Shown piece after piece: positions 36,191-45,473 of a DNA stretch of 64,000 bases. Position 1 is the stretch's first letter. Each line of letters starts with the position of its first letter. Origin of the DNA: a virus (Duplodnaviria > Caudoviricetes); the IMG/VR virus record IMGVR_UViG_3300021425_002620. One strand, given 5' to 3'. The notes below the pieces were generated by a model. That model was given only the letters and a program-made list of their open reading frames with translations, was not told where the DNA came from and did not search any database. Made by a program: the position numbers and the translations under genes.

Positions 36191-36753
36191 TCTAGTACCT
36201 CAAAAAAATTGTTAAAAGACTCACTTGCAAGTTTAGGCAAGTATTCTGCACCAGGCAATTGGTCCCAATCTCTGTAAAATATAGTATCCTTGTTGCCTTC
36301 TTTAAATACATCAATTGTATGAACATATCTAATGTTTGAAATCGTTTCAAACAGTGTTTCAATTACTGAATATGTTTGATTGCAATCTAATTTAAACAAC
36401 TCAGTACCAATTACTTCTGGACCCGCATAATATTTACGTAACAAACGATGTATTTGTGATTCTAGCCTTTTCACATTATTTCTTGAATTGGTTGTTACAC
36501 TCCAAAAAAGTCTAGTGTCACTGCCTACTTGATTATATGCACGTTGTCTGTTAGCAATGCTTTGTGCTTTTCCTATTTTGGTAAAATCTGATGGAAACCA
36601 TTCACCATTAATTCTAAAGTAAGGTTTCATTGCATATACACCCCATGGGCATCCTGTACCATAATCCAATTCTGTTGCAGTAACACAATATTCATTCATT
36701 AAGATTTCTCTAGTATCAAAAACATCAATACCTTGCATAATTACCACCGACAC
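36187..36753 (-). CDS. GIY-YIG/T5orf172-like protein
   Basis: GVY...TKIGKA...RQRAYN...LESQIH...TELF pattern. Confidence 0.6.
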   Translation of the reverse strand: MSVVIMQGIDVFDTREILMNEYCVTATELDYGTGCPWGVYAMKPYFRINGEWFPSDFTKIGKAQSIANRQRAYNQVGSDTRLFWSVTTNSRNNVKRLESQIHRLLRKYYAGPEVIGTELFKLDCNQTYSVIETLFETISNIRYVHTIDVFKEGNKDTIFYRDWDQLPGAEYLPKLASESFNNFFEVLE

Positions 36754-37844
36754 TGTGCTGTTGGAAGTTGAATGCGTTTAATTTTCTTGTTGTACAAGTT
36801 AATAATCGCATCATACACACGCCACTGATCGTGGTCTCGAGGCTCCTTAAAGCCATTTGTATGCAGTTCGTTGTAGTATTCGTCCTTAAGACTTTGCTGT
36901 ACTGTGTTAGGATCGCCATACAACTTAACAAACAAATTGCCTAGTTCAATATCAAACTGTTCGTCTAATACAAAGCCTTGTAATTCTGCTTCTTTGTAAA
37001 GCAGTGCCATAGGACGCCATACTTCTAGTTCTGCAGGTGCCAAGTCCCAGGTACGCTTATGGAACTGTAGAGCACGTTTGAAATATTTGCCCCTGCTACC
37101 ATATTCGTCTGTCATATCAAAGATTGCTTGTCCACTCTTAATCTGACTAAATGCATTGTTTGTGTTTGCATTACGCTTAGGAGTAAATCCTGCGGCAGTT
37201 AAGATATTGTTCATTTGAACAGTATGTGTATCTTTTGTTTCTAACAAAATCATAAACTCATCGTATGCGTGTAGTTTACGCTTGTTACGACTGTTAATAC
37301 GGATCATGTTCTGTCCTGCAAGCCACACACCGTATTCTACTTTGTCGTCAAATCCTGCGGCACTAACTTCGTCATCTGTGATTAAGTCGGTATCAATGTA
37401 CCATACAGGAAACGCTGTATAATTTTGTCGCTTCATTGCTTGTGCAGTGTGATGTCCGTCCCACAGCATGTACTTGCCATTAATTTTAATTGCTGTTGGA
37501 ACAATCACACAGGTAGGATCAAAATCTTGTTCAATTTTGTATAAATGGTTTGGCGCAACATCACGTTGGAATCGCGGCCAAAGAAATAATTCTTCCCAAG
37601 TTACGTATGCAAATTTGACTACGCCATCGCGAGGATCAAATGGATCACGTTCTTGTGGATGTTTTTGAGGACCTAGCACAATATCAATTGCTTCTGCAAT
37701 ATCTGCTAGTGGAATAATACCATTCTCGTAGTTGTCTGCCATTGTACGTGTGTCAATAGCATCGTCTTTCATTTCAAAAGACACATTAAATTTAGATTGG
37801 TATTTGTTAATTTCAACCAGACGGTTGTAAGGTTTCGTTTTCAT
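36741..37844 (-). CDS. ParB/Srx-like domain protein
   Basis: FQRDV and YMLWDGHHTAQA motifs. Confidence 0.65.
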   Translation of the reverse strand: MKTKPYNRLVEINKYQSKFNVSFEMKDDAIDTRTMADNYENGIIPLADIAEAIDIVLGPQKHPQERDPFDPRDGVVKFAYVTWEELFLWPRFQRDVAPNHLYKIEQDFDPTCVIVPTAIKINGKYMLWDGHHTAQAMKRQNYTAFPVWYIDTDLITDDEVSAAGFDDKVEYGVWLAGQNMIRINSRNKRKLHAYDEFMILLETKDTHTVQMNNILTAAGFTPKRNANTNNAFSQIKSGQAIFDMTDEYGSRGKYFKRALQFHKRTWDLAPAELEVWRPMALLYKEAELQGFVLDEQFDIELGNLFVKLYGDPNTVQQSLKDEYYNELHTNGFKEPRDHDQWRVYDAIINLYNKKIKRIQLPTAQCRW

Positions 37845-37942
37845 GTTTTTTCCTTTGCTACTTTACTTTTGCGTTTAGTGTAGTGCGTAACGAATTACTG
37901 GCTACAACTATATAATAACATCTATAGGTTAGATGTCAACCA

Positions 37943-38422
37943 TTAAATGACTTCTTGAGTCCATTTATATTTTGCTAGATCGTTTGCTTCAGCCCACTGA
38001 ATAAACAAGCCTGCTTCTCGGCCGTGTGCTTCAATTTCCCAAGGCATATCCCAATAGTTAAGATTTTTGCTAACCCACTTTCCTTGCCAACGTTGCTTTG
38101 CAAGACGTGTGCTGTCGTACAGCTCACCTTTTGCATACTGTTTAGCATGTACCATTTCATGTGCAACAGTTTCAAGAACTCTACGTAGACGCATATTCTT
38201 GTGTACTTCGATCATAAAATGTCGTGGACGATCTGAACGTTCGGATTCGCCATCTGGATCAGAAGTACAAAATCCATACGCATGTTGCTTTGTGAGATCT
38301 TTTAGATGGATTCTAATTTCGACTACGTCTTTGATACGTGGCATAAACTTATCTACACAAAACTGTGCTAGACTAGCCACATGCTTTTTTTGACTCTTAG
38401 ATCCACCAAATACTGTAATCAT
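37943..38422 (-). CDS. Zinc metallopeptidase (SprT-like/zincin)
   Basis: AHEMVHAKQ (HExxH) and PWEIEA. Confidence 0.8.
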   Translation of the reverse strand: MITVFGGSKSQKKHVASLAQFCVDKFMPRIKDVVEIRIHLKDLTKQHAYGFCTSDPDGESERSDRPRHFMIEVHKNMRLRRVLETVAHEMVHAKQYAKGELYDSTRLAKQRWQGKWVSKNLNYWDMPWEIEAHGREAGLFIQWAEANDLAKYKWTQEVI

Positions 38423-38454
38423 TAGATTAGTTCCTTTGTTGTGTTTATTTGTAT

Positions 38455-38483
38455 ATTATACACTATTCAGGAGGTGTGGTCAA
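38455..38483 (-). promoter_or_regulatory. Sigma70-type early promoter
   Basis: TTGACC-N17-TATAAT. Confidence 0.7.
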
Positions 38484-38526
38484 GTAAAATCGTAATTTTA
38501 AATTCTAGTAGAATCAATGACTTACG

Positions 38527-38745
38527 TTAAAGTCTGAAAATAATTCTGCCTTTTGACAGATCATATGGGCTCATTTCTACTCGTACTTTGTCGCCCAATA
38601 TCATTCTTATTTTATACTGACGCATTTTTCCGCCCGTATATGCAGTTATTTCATGTCCGTTTTCCAAACGTACTTTGAACATTTGATTAGGGAGAACATT
38701 AACTATTTCTCCTTCTATTTCTAATAACCCTTTATCTTTTGACAA
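38527..38745 (-). CDS. infA: Translation initiation factor IF-1 (TTG start)
   Basis: [22 protein letters not shown]...[33 protein letters not shown]. Confidence 0.97.
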   Translation of the reverse strand: MSKDKGLLEIEGEIVNVLPNQMFKVRLENGHEITAYTGGKMRQYKIRMILGDKVRVEMSPYDLSKGRIIFRL

Positions 38746-38754
38746 TTTTAGTTT

Positions 38755-38958
38755 TTACTCCTTGACCCAGTCAATTTTAATACCGCGTCTTTTTAGTTCG
38801 TTTATGCACTTTTGCTTTAATTTTGGCTTTGTGCTAGTTTTATTAATTGCTTCAAAAAGTTCTTCTTTTGAAGTATTTTTTATATAGTGTCGTTGTATGG
38901 ACTTCTTACCTGTTTTTCTATCAACTGTTATCGAGTCCTCCTTGAATTTCACTGGCAT
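38755..38958 (-). CDS. Basic hypothetical protein
   Basis: Packed operon. Confidence 0.55.
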   Translation of the reverse strand: MPVKFKEDSITVDRKTGKKSIQRHYIKNTSKEELFEAINKTSTKPKLKQKCINELKRRGIKIDWVKE

Positions 38959-39145
38959 CGTCGTTCTCCTTAACTTCTGTGATTATGACCGTTCCGTGGT
39001 CGCCAATTTCAAATTTTAGATTAGTTCCTTCAACCCAACCTTGGGCATCTAAAATTTCTTGTGGGATATTCATTAGAATGTTTTCATCATCTCCTGGTAT
39101 ATCTTCAAAAATTTCTTCTGCTTTATATGTAAATGTCTTACTCAT
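38921..39145 (-). CDS. AbrB/SpoVT-like small protein
   Basis: MNIPQEILDAQGWVEGTNLKFEI...GTVIITEV. Confidence 0.65.
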   Translation of the reverse strand: MSKTFTYKAEEIFEDIPGDDENILMNIPQEILDAQGWVEGTNLKFEIGDHGTVIITEVKENDDASEIQGGLDNS

Positions 39146-39176
39146 TTTCTAGTCTCCCAATAAGGTAAATATTTAT

Positions 39177-39602
39177 ATGAAAGATGAATACACAACAGTA
39201 TTCTTTGATGCTGTACGTGAAACCCAGACTTCAACAGGGTATGAACTGCCCGAACATATAGAAGCATACATTGTAATGCTTTTAAGCAGTTATGTGGATA
39301 AAGAAGATTTTCCGCCTGACTTAACATTTACCGAACAATACCTTACTCTCAAAAACTCTTATCAAGCCAAAGAGCTTGGTGATACCTGTTTGTTTATAAG
39401 CGGAGCATTTCCTCATTTTAAAAAACGTCGCGGAATGAATAGACGATTTTATATAGATATTGGATCATCGTCATACGAAATAGCAAGCACAATGAACAAT
39501 GATTTGTTTCCTGTGCTTGCTACTCATTTTGTATTTTTATCCGAATTTATAGAAACTACTATTCATTCGCCCAAACGTAAGCTGAATAGCCTTTTCCGTT
39601 AG
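39177..39602 (+). CDS. Hypothetical protein
   Basis: KELGDTCLFISGAF...YIDIGSSSY; preceded by palindromic TAAATATTTA late boxes. Confidence 0.65.
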   Translation: MKDEYTTVFFDAVRETQTSTGYELPEHIEAYIVMLLSSYVDKEDFPPDLTFTEQYLTLKNSYQAKELGDTCLFISGAFPHFKKRRGMNRRFYIDIGSSSYEIASTMNNDLFPVLATHFVFLSEFIETTIHSPKRKLNSLFR

Positions 39603-40278
39603 TATCGCCGCCGTTGTTGTCAACTTCCTGATCATCATAATGAACTTCCGTAATAACATCTTCACCATTTGGATATTCAGTTGTAACAAACTTTAGTTTT
39701 TTAGGATCAAAGTCTCCATAAGTTTCAATGACACCGTCCCAGAAGCCGCCTTTTTCTGCGCTATAGAACTGTAAAACATATTCCATGTCGTCTGGTCCCA
39801 TGTCTTCGTCACCTTCAACTTGTTCGACTTCCCAGTCAGTTTCTTCACCAATTCTATCAATGAATGAACTTACTTCCTCGCCTTCTATTACATCAGCAAC
39901 AAAACTTGAGCCCCAGCCATCGCCGTCGACTTCTTCAACAGTTAGATATGCACTGTCATATGAAACTCCATACTGGTGAATTTCTTCAGTAGGTGCTTCG
40001 TACCATTGTGATTTAAAATCATCTTCTGTTAAAAAGTCAGCTTCTTCCGGTACTCCGTCAATATCATCGAAATCGTATTCTTCTGGATCATCAGTTACAC
40101 AATAGTTAACTAGATCAGAATCTCCATATTCGTCGCAAACATTATTCCAAAAATCAAATGCTTCTTTGGTTAATTTAATATATGCTGCTTCACCACCGTA
40201 TCCACTAAGTGATAATCTATAATAACGTCTTCCTTTTAATGCGTCGACTGTTTCTTGTCTTTCTTCTGGGCTTGCCAT
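39559..40278 (-). CDS. Very acidic hypothetical protein
   Basis: 239-aa ORF, AAGGA SD. Confidence 0.65.
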   Translation of the reverse strand: MASPEERQETVDALKGRRYYRLSLSGYGGEAAYIKLTKEAFDFWNNVCDEYGDSDLVNYCVTDDPEEYDFDDIDGVPEEADFLTEDDFKSQWYEAPTEEIHQYGVSYDSAYLTVEEVDGDGWGSSFVADVIEGEEVSSFIDRIGEETDWEVEQVEGDEDMGPDDMEYVLQFYSAEKGGFWDGVIETYGDFDPKKLKFVTTEYPNGEDVITEVHYDDQEVDNNGGDTNGKGYSAYVWANE

Positions 40279-40288
40279 AATATAATCC

Positions 40289-40840
40289 TTATGCTGGCTC
40301 TAACACGCTTTCAAAATATGCAATAACGTTTTCAGGTGAAGTTTCTCCATATGGATCAGGATCATCTGCTGTGCCTACTGGTTCAACAAATGATTTTACT
40401 ACTACACCATCCTCTAGGACAACTGCAAAACGTCTAGAACGCTTGCCAAAGCCTACATCACTCATATCAATAAACATACCTAAACTATCAGCAAATTCCC
40501 CATTTCCGTCTGGAATAACTTTTACATTTTTAATATCTAGATAATCAGCCCAGGCGTTCATAACAAAGCCGTCATTTACTGATGATACATAGATTTCATC
40601 TACTTTGTACTTTTCACAGATTTCATCATAGTTTTCTTCAAAGCCTGGTAATTGGTATGTTGAACAGGTTGGAGTGTATGCGCCCGGTAGGCTGAATACA
40701 ATTACTCTTTTTCCTGCAAACAAATCTTCTGTTGTGGTGGGAACAAACTCGCCACCAATTGGACAGCCACCATCTTCGGGGGCTTCATCACCTTCTCTAT
40801 ACATAAAGGTGATATCTGGGATCACTTTACCTTCAATCAT
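40289..40840 (-). CDS. Peroxiredoxin (Prx5/Redoxin family)
   Basis: FSLPGAYTPTCSTYQLPGF, SVNDGFVMNAW, DGNGEFA, RSRRFA. Confidence 0.93.
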   Translation of the reverse strand: MIEGKVIPDITFMYREGDEAPEDGGCPIGGEFVPTTTEDLFAGKRVIVFSLPGAYTPTCSTYQLPGFEENYDEICEKYKVDEIYVSSVNDGFVMNAWADYLDIKNVKVIPDGNGEFADSLGMFIDMSDVGFGKRSRRFAVVLEDGVVVKSFVEPVGTADDPDPYGETSPENVIAYFESVLEPA

Positions 40841-40897
40841 ATTTTATCTCCTGTGTGTATGACTGTATGGCGAGATGTTTATCATCTCACACTACTA

Positions 40898-40925
40898 ATT
40901 ATACACAATAATAATCTATTGTCAA
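40898..40925 (-). promoter_or_regulatory. Sigma70-type early promoter for the peroxiredoxin
   Basis: TTGACA-N16-TATAAT. Confidence 0.65.
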
Positions 40926-40961
40926 CCATTTTCTTTATATTTTTTAAAGATAAATATTAAT

Positions 40962-41138
40962 ATGAAGCAAGATCCAGAACTAATAAGTCAACCCGAGGGC
41001 GCGATGATATATGAAAAATGTGTGGTGTGCGGCCATGCATGTCATCACGGGGATGTCTGCAAAGTTAAGGACTGTTCTTGCGGAGTTTGCTATCACGAAG
41101 TTGAAGAGGTAGATGATTATATAAACATGGAGGGCTAA
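40962..41138 (+). CDS. Cys/His-rich microprotein (58 aa)
   Basis: Hand-translated CVVCGHACHHGDVCKVKDCSCGVCYH; late box 5 nt upstream; TAATG-coupled to the next gene. Confidence 0.65.
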   Translation: MKQDPELISQPEGAMIYEKCVVCGHACHHGDVCKVKDCSCGVCYHEVEEVDDYINMEG

Positions 41139-41416
41139 TGGATTTTTTATCATTAGTAAGTGAAGTAGGATTTCCTATTGCGGGGGCTATTGCGGCAGGA
41201 TATTTTGTATATCTTACACTAAGATTTATTTTAGCAGGTGTTACTGGATCGGTAACTACACTTAAAAATATCATAGGACAACTAGACAATCGTGTACAAA
41301 CAATGAACAACGATCTTGTTAAAATAGATGCACTACTATCTTATACACTTGGTGTAAAACCCAATGTGGATCGTATTGCAGCAAACGAAGGTAAAGAAGA
41401 CGCAAGGAGAGATTAA
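41138..41416 (+). CDS. YvrJ-like single-TM coiled-coil protein, paralog 1
   Basis: SEVGFPIAGAIAAGYFVY motif. Confidence 0.65.
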   Translation: MDFLSLVSEVGFPIAGAIAAGYFVYLTLRFILAGVTGSVTTLKNIIGQLDNRVQTMNNDLVKIDALLSYTLGVKPNVDRIAANEGKEDARRD

Positions 41417-41547
41417 TGTCAAATATCGTTGAAATAGTAGATAACATAAAAAATAGATTAGAGCAGAAAGCATTAGAAGAGACGCCGCCCGAATTAATTA
41501 AAATAACAGATAATAGTACTGCTGTTGAATCAAAAAAGAAAAAATAA

Positions 41548-41910
41548 ATGGAAGCTGACCTCGCAACAACAATTAAGGATTTAGGATTCCCAATAGTGGC
41601 AGCACTAGGAATGGGATACTTCATCTACTTCATTTGGAAGTGGGTAACAGAAACTATTGATCCTATTATTGGCGAGACAATGGGAACACTTATTAAACTA
41701 GTTGACCGTGTTCGTATGTTAGATAATGATATGATACGTATGAATATGAAACTAGCAATGGTGTTAGAGCATAGACATTTATTAGAAGAAAAATTGTCGC
41801 CAGAACAAGTTAGCGAACTAGATGAAATAATTACTCGTTACCAAAGTAGAAATAACGAATTTGACTCTACAGGGAAAGCTCCGGGAGGAAGCGATGAGCC
41901 AAAAAAGTAA
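41548..41910 (+). CDS. YvrJ-like single-TM coiled-coil protein, paralog 2
   Basis: KDLGFPIVAALGMGYFIY motif; DRV..LDND shared with paralog 1 (NRV..MNND). Confidence 0.65.
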   Translation: MEADLATTIKDLGFPIVAALGMGYFIYFIWKWVTETIDPIIGETMGTLIKLVDRVRMLDNDMIRMNMKLAMVLEHRHLLEEKLSPEQVSELDEIITRYQSRNNEFDSTGKAPGGSDEPKK

Positions 41911-42200
41911 CTACTTGCCAGAAGAAAAAAAGTACGATTCCATGGATCGGTTTATTGAGTTTTTATGCAAGCACGATGATTGGATTATTACTTTTGGGAT
42001 TGTTAGTTCTATAATGGCGTTATTTCAAGCAGTATGTTTTTTGGGGATTATATAAATGTTTAAATCTAAATGGGATATATGGTTAGAAAACCAAAACGAA
42101 GCTACTAGAGTTTATCTAAAAAATCAAATGAAAGAAGATGATAAACTTATTTGGCTCGGTTTTGGTTTAGGCATACCTGTAGGATTATTACTAGCAGTTA

Positions 42201-44240
42201 TTATTTACTCTGCGCTATAAACACACCGTTCCAATCTTTAGGTAACTTTTGCGTTTTCTGGAACTCACAGCGTTCAATCCACATTTTATAATAACCTTCC
42301 ATTTTTCCATCAAAATGCCGCATAAGTTTATTACATTCTGTAATTGCTTGATCAAACTTTTGTGCTCTATAACAATCGTGCATACGTTCGTGTATTTCTT
42401 TGCTTTTTAGTTGTGCAGGTGTTCCAGCAATATCTAATACTGTATAAATGCTTAGTCCAACACTTTTACCTTTAACTTGTAGATCATCTACTTTTAAGTA
42501 GAAGAAGTCATTTTTAGTTTCTTTGTAGGTTGATTCTCCGACAAGGAGTAAGCATCCGTATTCTTTACACTTTGACTCAATTCTTGCTGCTGTGGAAACA
42601 GCGTCTCCCAAAACGTCATATGAGTGTCTTTTTGTTGAGCCCATTTCACCAAGATATCCAAGGCCTGTGTTGATACCGGCTCCCATTCCAACTGGCGGCC
42701 TTCCTTCTGCTGTAATTTTGTCATTAAACTTCTCCACTGCTCGCAACATTTCTAGCCCACATTGTACTGCTGTTTTAGGATGATCTGGATCTTCTATAGG
42801 TGCATTATGTATATGCATACTTGCATCGCCTATGTATTTGATAATCATTCCGTCCATATCAAGTACAGGCTGTGTGATAGCATCCATATATCCATTCATG
42901 ATTTTTGTTAGTCCTTTAACATCGTCGCCAAAACTTTCACCTAATGGTGTAAAGCCACGCAAGTCTGAGAATAAAATACTAACTTCTCGTTTCATACCTT
43001 CTTTAATAAGTGCAGGATTTTCTTGTAATAGTCTTACTACAGTAGGTGATGCATAACCTGCAAACTGTTTCTTTATCGCTTGTTTTTCAAGGAACTCACG
43101 AACAAACTTAATTCCGTATACTTGTAATGCAATAATAACCAAAGTAATGATAGGTGCTGTAACATCAATTAACGCCTTTTCTGTTGCAAACATATGCCAT
43201 GAGTAAGGTAGTACTCCACTAATTAATCCTACTGTAACTACTAGTCCTACTAGCATCCATCGACTGAGTAAAATCAATAATAAACCACCTATAGCAAGCC
43301 CTACAAGCTCTGCTGTTGGCGCCCAGTCAGGTCGTTGTATATTTGTACCGTTAAACATTGTACCTATTACTGCGGCTTGGGTAGTACCTGCAAACTGTGC
43401 GCCTGTTGCTGTAGGAACAGGATTAGCAATACCTGCTGCTGTTACATCTACAATAACAACTGCTCCGCCAAAATCACTAGGCAAGTCTGCTACACTTACA
43501 CGTTTTGATTGTTGACTCCAGTCAATCCACACACGCCCTTCTGAATCAGTAGGTATAGGACCAAACTGAGGTATACGCATTTTTTCTACGCCAAACTGAT
43601 TTAACTTAATTTGAAAGTTTGGATCGCCTGCTATAACACGCAGTGTTTCTAATGCTAAACTAGGATATAATGTGCCGTCAACTACTGCTACAGTTGGCAT
43701 ACGTCTTACTACACCGTCAATTTCGGGCTCTGTACTTACAATACCTGCTCCAACACTGCTGTTTTCTAGTATAGGAATATTAGCAATAATGCCACCATAT
43801 GGAAGTATACGATCTAAGTATTGAGGTTGTAGAATTGCTGCTCCAGGATTAATAGGCAAGTTAACAGTTTTATCGCTAGGACGACTTGCTAGTATTACAG
43901 GCAATGCCATCATAGTTTCTGCTAATTCTGTATCACCTCCAAAGCGATCTTTTTCAGGCATCATTACGTTCCATATAACTATACCTGCTCCTCTGTTATA
44001 TAGATCTTTTATAATGTCTGAATATATGTTTCTAGGAAAAGGATACTGTCCGTAAATCTCTAATGCAGCATCGTCTATTTCTGCTACATAGATATTGTTT
44101 TCTACAGGTTCCTGATTTACAATAAGTTGATCAAAATAATTTAATTTAACACTTTGGAAAAAAGCAGGCGGTGTCATAAACAAATATATTAGAGCAGATA
44201 GTGTTAATAATGCCCACCACGGACTTAGTAATTTTTTCAT
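42201..44240 (-). CDS. CHASE2-domain class III adenylate/guanylate cyclase
   Basis: N-terminal TM, CHASE2 (IDDAAL..YGQYPFPR, DGVVRR), three TM helices, cyclase motifs SILFSDLRGFT, IKYIGDA, GAGINTG, YDVLGDAVSTAARIE. Confidence 0.93.
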   Translation of the reverse strand: MKKLLSPWWALLTLSALIYLFMTPPAFFQSVKLNYFDQLIVNQEPVENNIYVAEIDDAALEIYGQYPFPRNIYSDIIKDLYNRGAGIVIWNVMMPEKDRFGGDTELAETMMALPVILASRPSDKTVNLPINPGAAILQPQYLDRILPYGGIIANIPILENSSVGAGIVSTEPEIDGVVRRMPTVAVVDGTLYPSLALETLRVIAGDPNFQIKLNQFGVEKMRIPQFGPIPTDSEGRVWIDWSQQSKRVSVADLPSDFGGAVVIVDVTAAGIANPVPTATGAQFAGTTQAAVIGTMFNGTNIQRPDWAPTAELVGLAIGGLLLILLSRWMLVGLVVTVGLISGVLPYSWHMFATEKALIDVTAPIITLVIIALQVYGIKFVREFLEKQAIKKQFAGYASPTVVRLLQENPALIKEGMKREVSILFSDLRGFTPLGESFGDDVKGLTKIMNGYMDAITQPVLDMDGMIIKYIGDASMHIHNAPIEDPDHPKTAVQCGLEMLRAVEKFNDKITAEGRPPVGMGAGINTGLGYLGEMGSTKRHSYDVLGDAVSTAARIESKCKEYGCLLLVGESTYKETKNDFFYLKVDDLQVKGKSVGLSIYTVLDIAGTPAQLKSKEIHERMHDCYRAQKFDQAITECNKLMRHFDGKMEGYYKMWIERCEFQKTQKLPKDWNGVFIAQSK

Positions 44241-44351
44241 TATAATATTCCTAAATAAACAGCATACCTATTAAAAATCCAATATTAAGTCCTAGTGAAC
44301 AATACAATAAAAGATCTTTCCCATAACTGTAAGGTTGGTATTCTACTTCGT

Positions 44352-44651
44352 TCATGCCCTTCTTCCCATTAGTTTTGCTTTTAACGCATTCATTTCTGCA
44401 TCTCTGCTTGTTTTTTCAGATGTTGTACCCAAGTCTTTTTGCGTAACATTTGTTTCCTTGGGTTGGCGTATATCTCTGGGTGTCGAATAACGATTAAGTC
44501 GTCTGTTCTGTTCTGCAATTCTTCTTCTGATATCTCGAACTTTGGCTTCAAGATCCACGGTACTATTTTGTCTGTCACTGTTTGCCCTTTCTGCGACTGT
44601 GTCTGTCGCGCCCTTATTTCCACAAATGATTCTGCACAACCATTGCCTCAT
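44352..44651 (-). CDS. Basic hypothetical protein
   Basis: Perfect TATAAATA 4 nt before ATG. Confidence 0.55.
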   Translation of the reverse strand: MRQWLCRIICGNKGATDTVAERANSDRQNSTVDLEAKVRDIRRRIAEQNRRLNRYSTPRDIRQPKETNVTQKDLGTTSEKTSRDAEMNALKAKLMGRRA

Positions 44652-44789
44652 AACGTATTTATATTACACCTAAGAAGGCTAGCCTAAGAATTGCTAGCCA
44701 AGCTGTTACTGATACTAACAGCCACAAGTAATGTCTATAAGTTGTGTCCTTATAGTGCCACATTTATACGCCCTCTAAACGTATTTATT

Positions 44790-45473
44790 TTAATTATTAC
44801 GATTAACTGTGACTGAACAGCCACCTAATGTTGCACAAGTACCTGTAATGCTAAATGAATCAGAAGCAGTAGTAACATTTTGAGTAAGAGTATAATTGTA
44901 GGCTCCGCCACCGTTTGTTAGATCTATTGCGGCACTTGCACTTTTGCTTCCACGCTGATCAACATCTACACTATGACCATCACCTGTAAGAACTATGTCA
45001 GCCCACTTTTGTCCGCCGTTGCCTCTTTGCAGTAAATCTACAGTATTACCGTCGCCTTGTATTTCTACAAATCCATCGTGTCCTGCTTTGCCCATTTGTA
45101 TGTGTTCAACTGTATTGCTGTCACCATTTACAATGTTTGCTAGATGATGCGGTGCTCCGCCTCCGCCACCTCTATTTTCATCTGTTTGATAACTGGCTAC
45201 TGTGTTTCCATCTCCAGTTACAGTCCAGTATGCTTCGTGGCCGCCTGTTTCGTCTTGATCTATTGTACCATCTTTGTGCATGCCTTGACGTATTGTAATA
45301 TTATTGTTTGGTCCAGTAGAATTCAAACTAACGTAGTTGTCTACACTACGTTGTTGTATTTCTAAGTCGAGATTATCTCCACTTTGTGTTACATAAATTT
45401 CGTTAGCACTACTTTTGAATGATATTAATGTTGTTGTTACCAACACCAAGAAGGTAGTCATAAACTGCTTCAT
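44790..45473 (-). CDS. Secreted curlin-repeat protein (CsgA/B-like), start MKQFMTT
   Basis: Signal peptide; repeated x-G-D-(G/S)-N-T-V-x-x-x-Q units (TGDGNTVASYQ, NGDSNTVEHIQ, QGDGNTVDLLQ, TGDGHSVDVDQ). Confidence 0.75.
   Translation of the reverse strand: MKQFMTTFLVLVTTTLISFKSSANEIYVTQSGDNLDLEIQQRSVDNYVSLNSTGPNNNITIRQGMHKDGTIDQDETGGHEAYWTVTGDGNTVASYQTDENRGGGGGAPHHLANIVNGDSNTVEHIQMGKAGHDGFVEIQGDGNTVDLLQRGNGGQKWADIVLTGDGHSVDVDQRGSKSASAAIDLTNGGGAYNYTLTQNVTTASDSFSITGTCATLGGCSVTVNRNN

Noticed and set aside
37845-37915. c-di-GMP-I riboswitch suggested by ACGCAAA in the parB-like leader
   Set aside because: The required upstream GGCAAA segment and two-hairpin layout are not evident; kept only as a generic hairpin.
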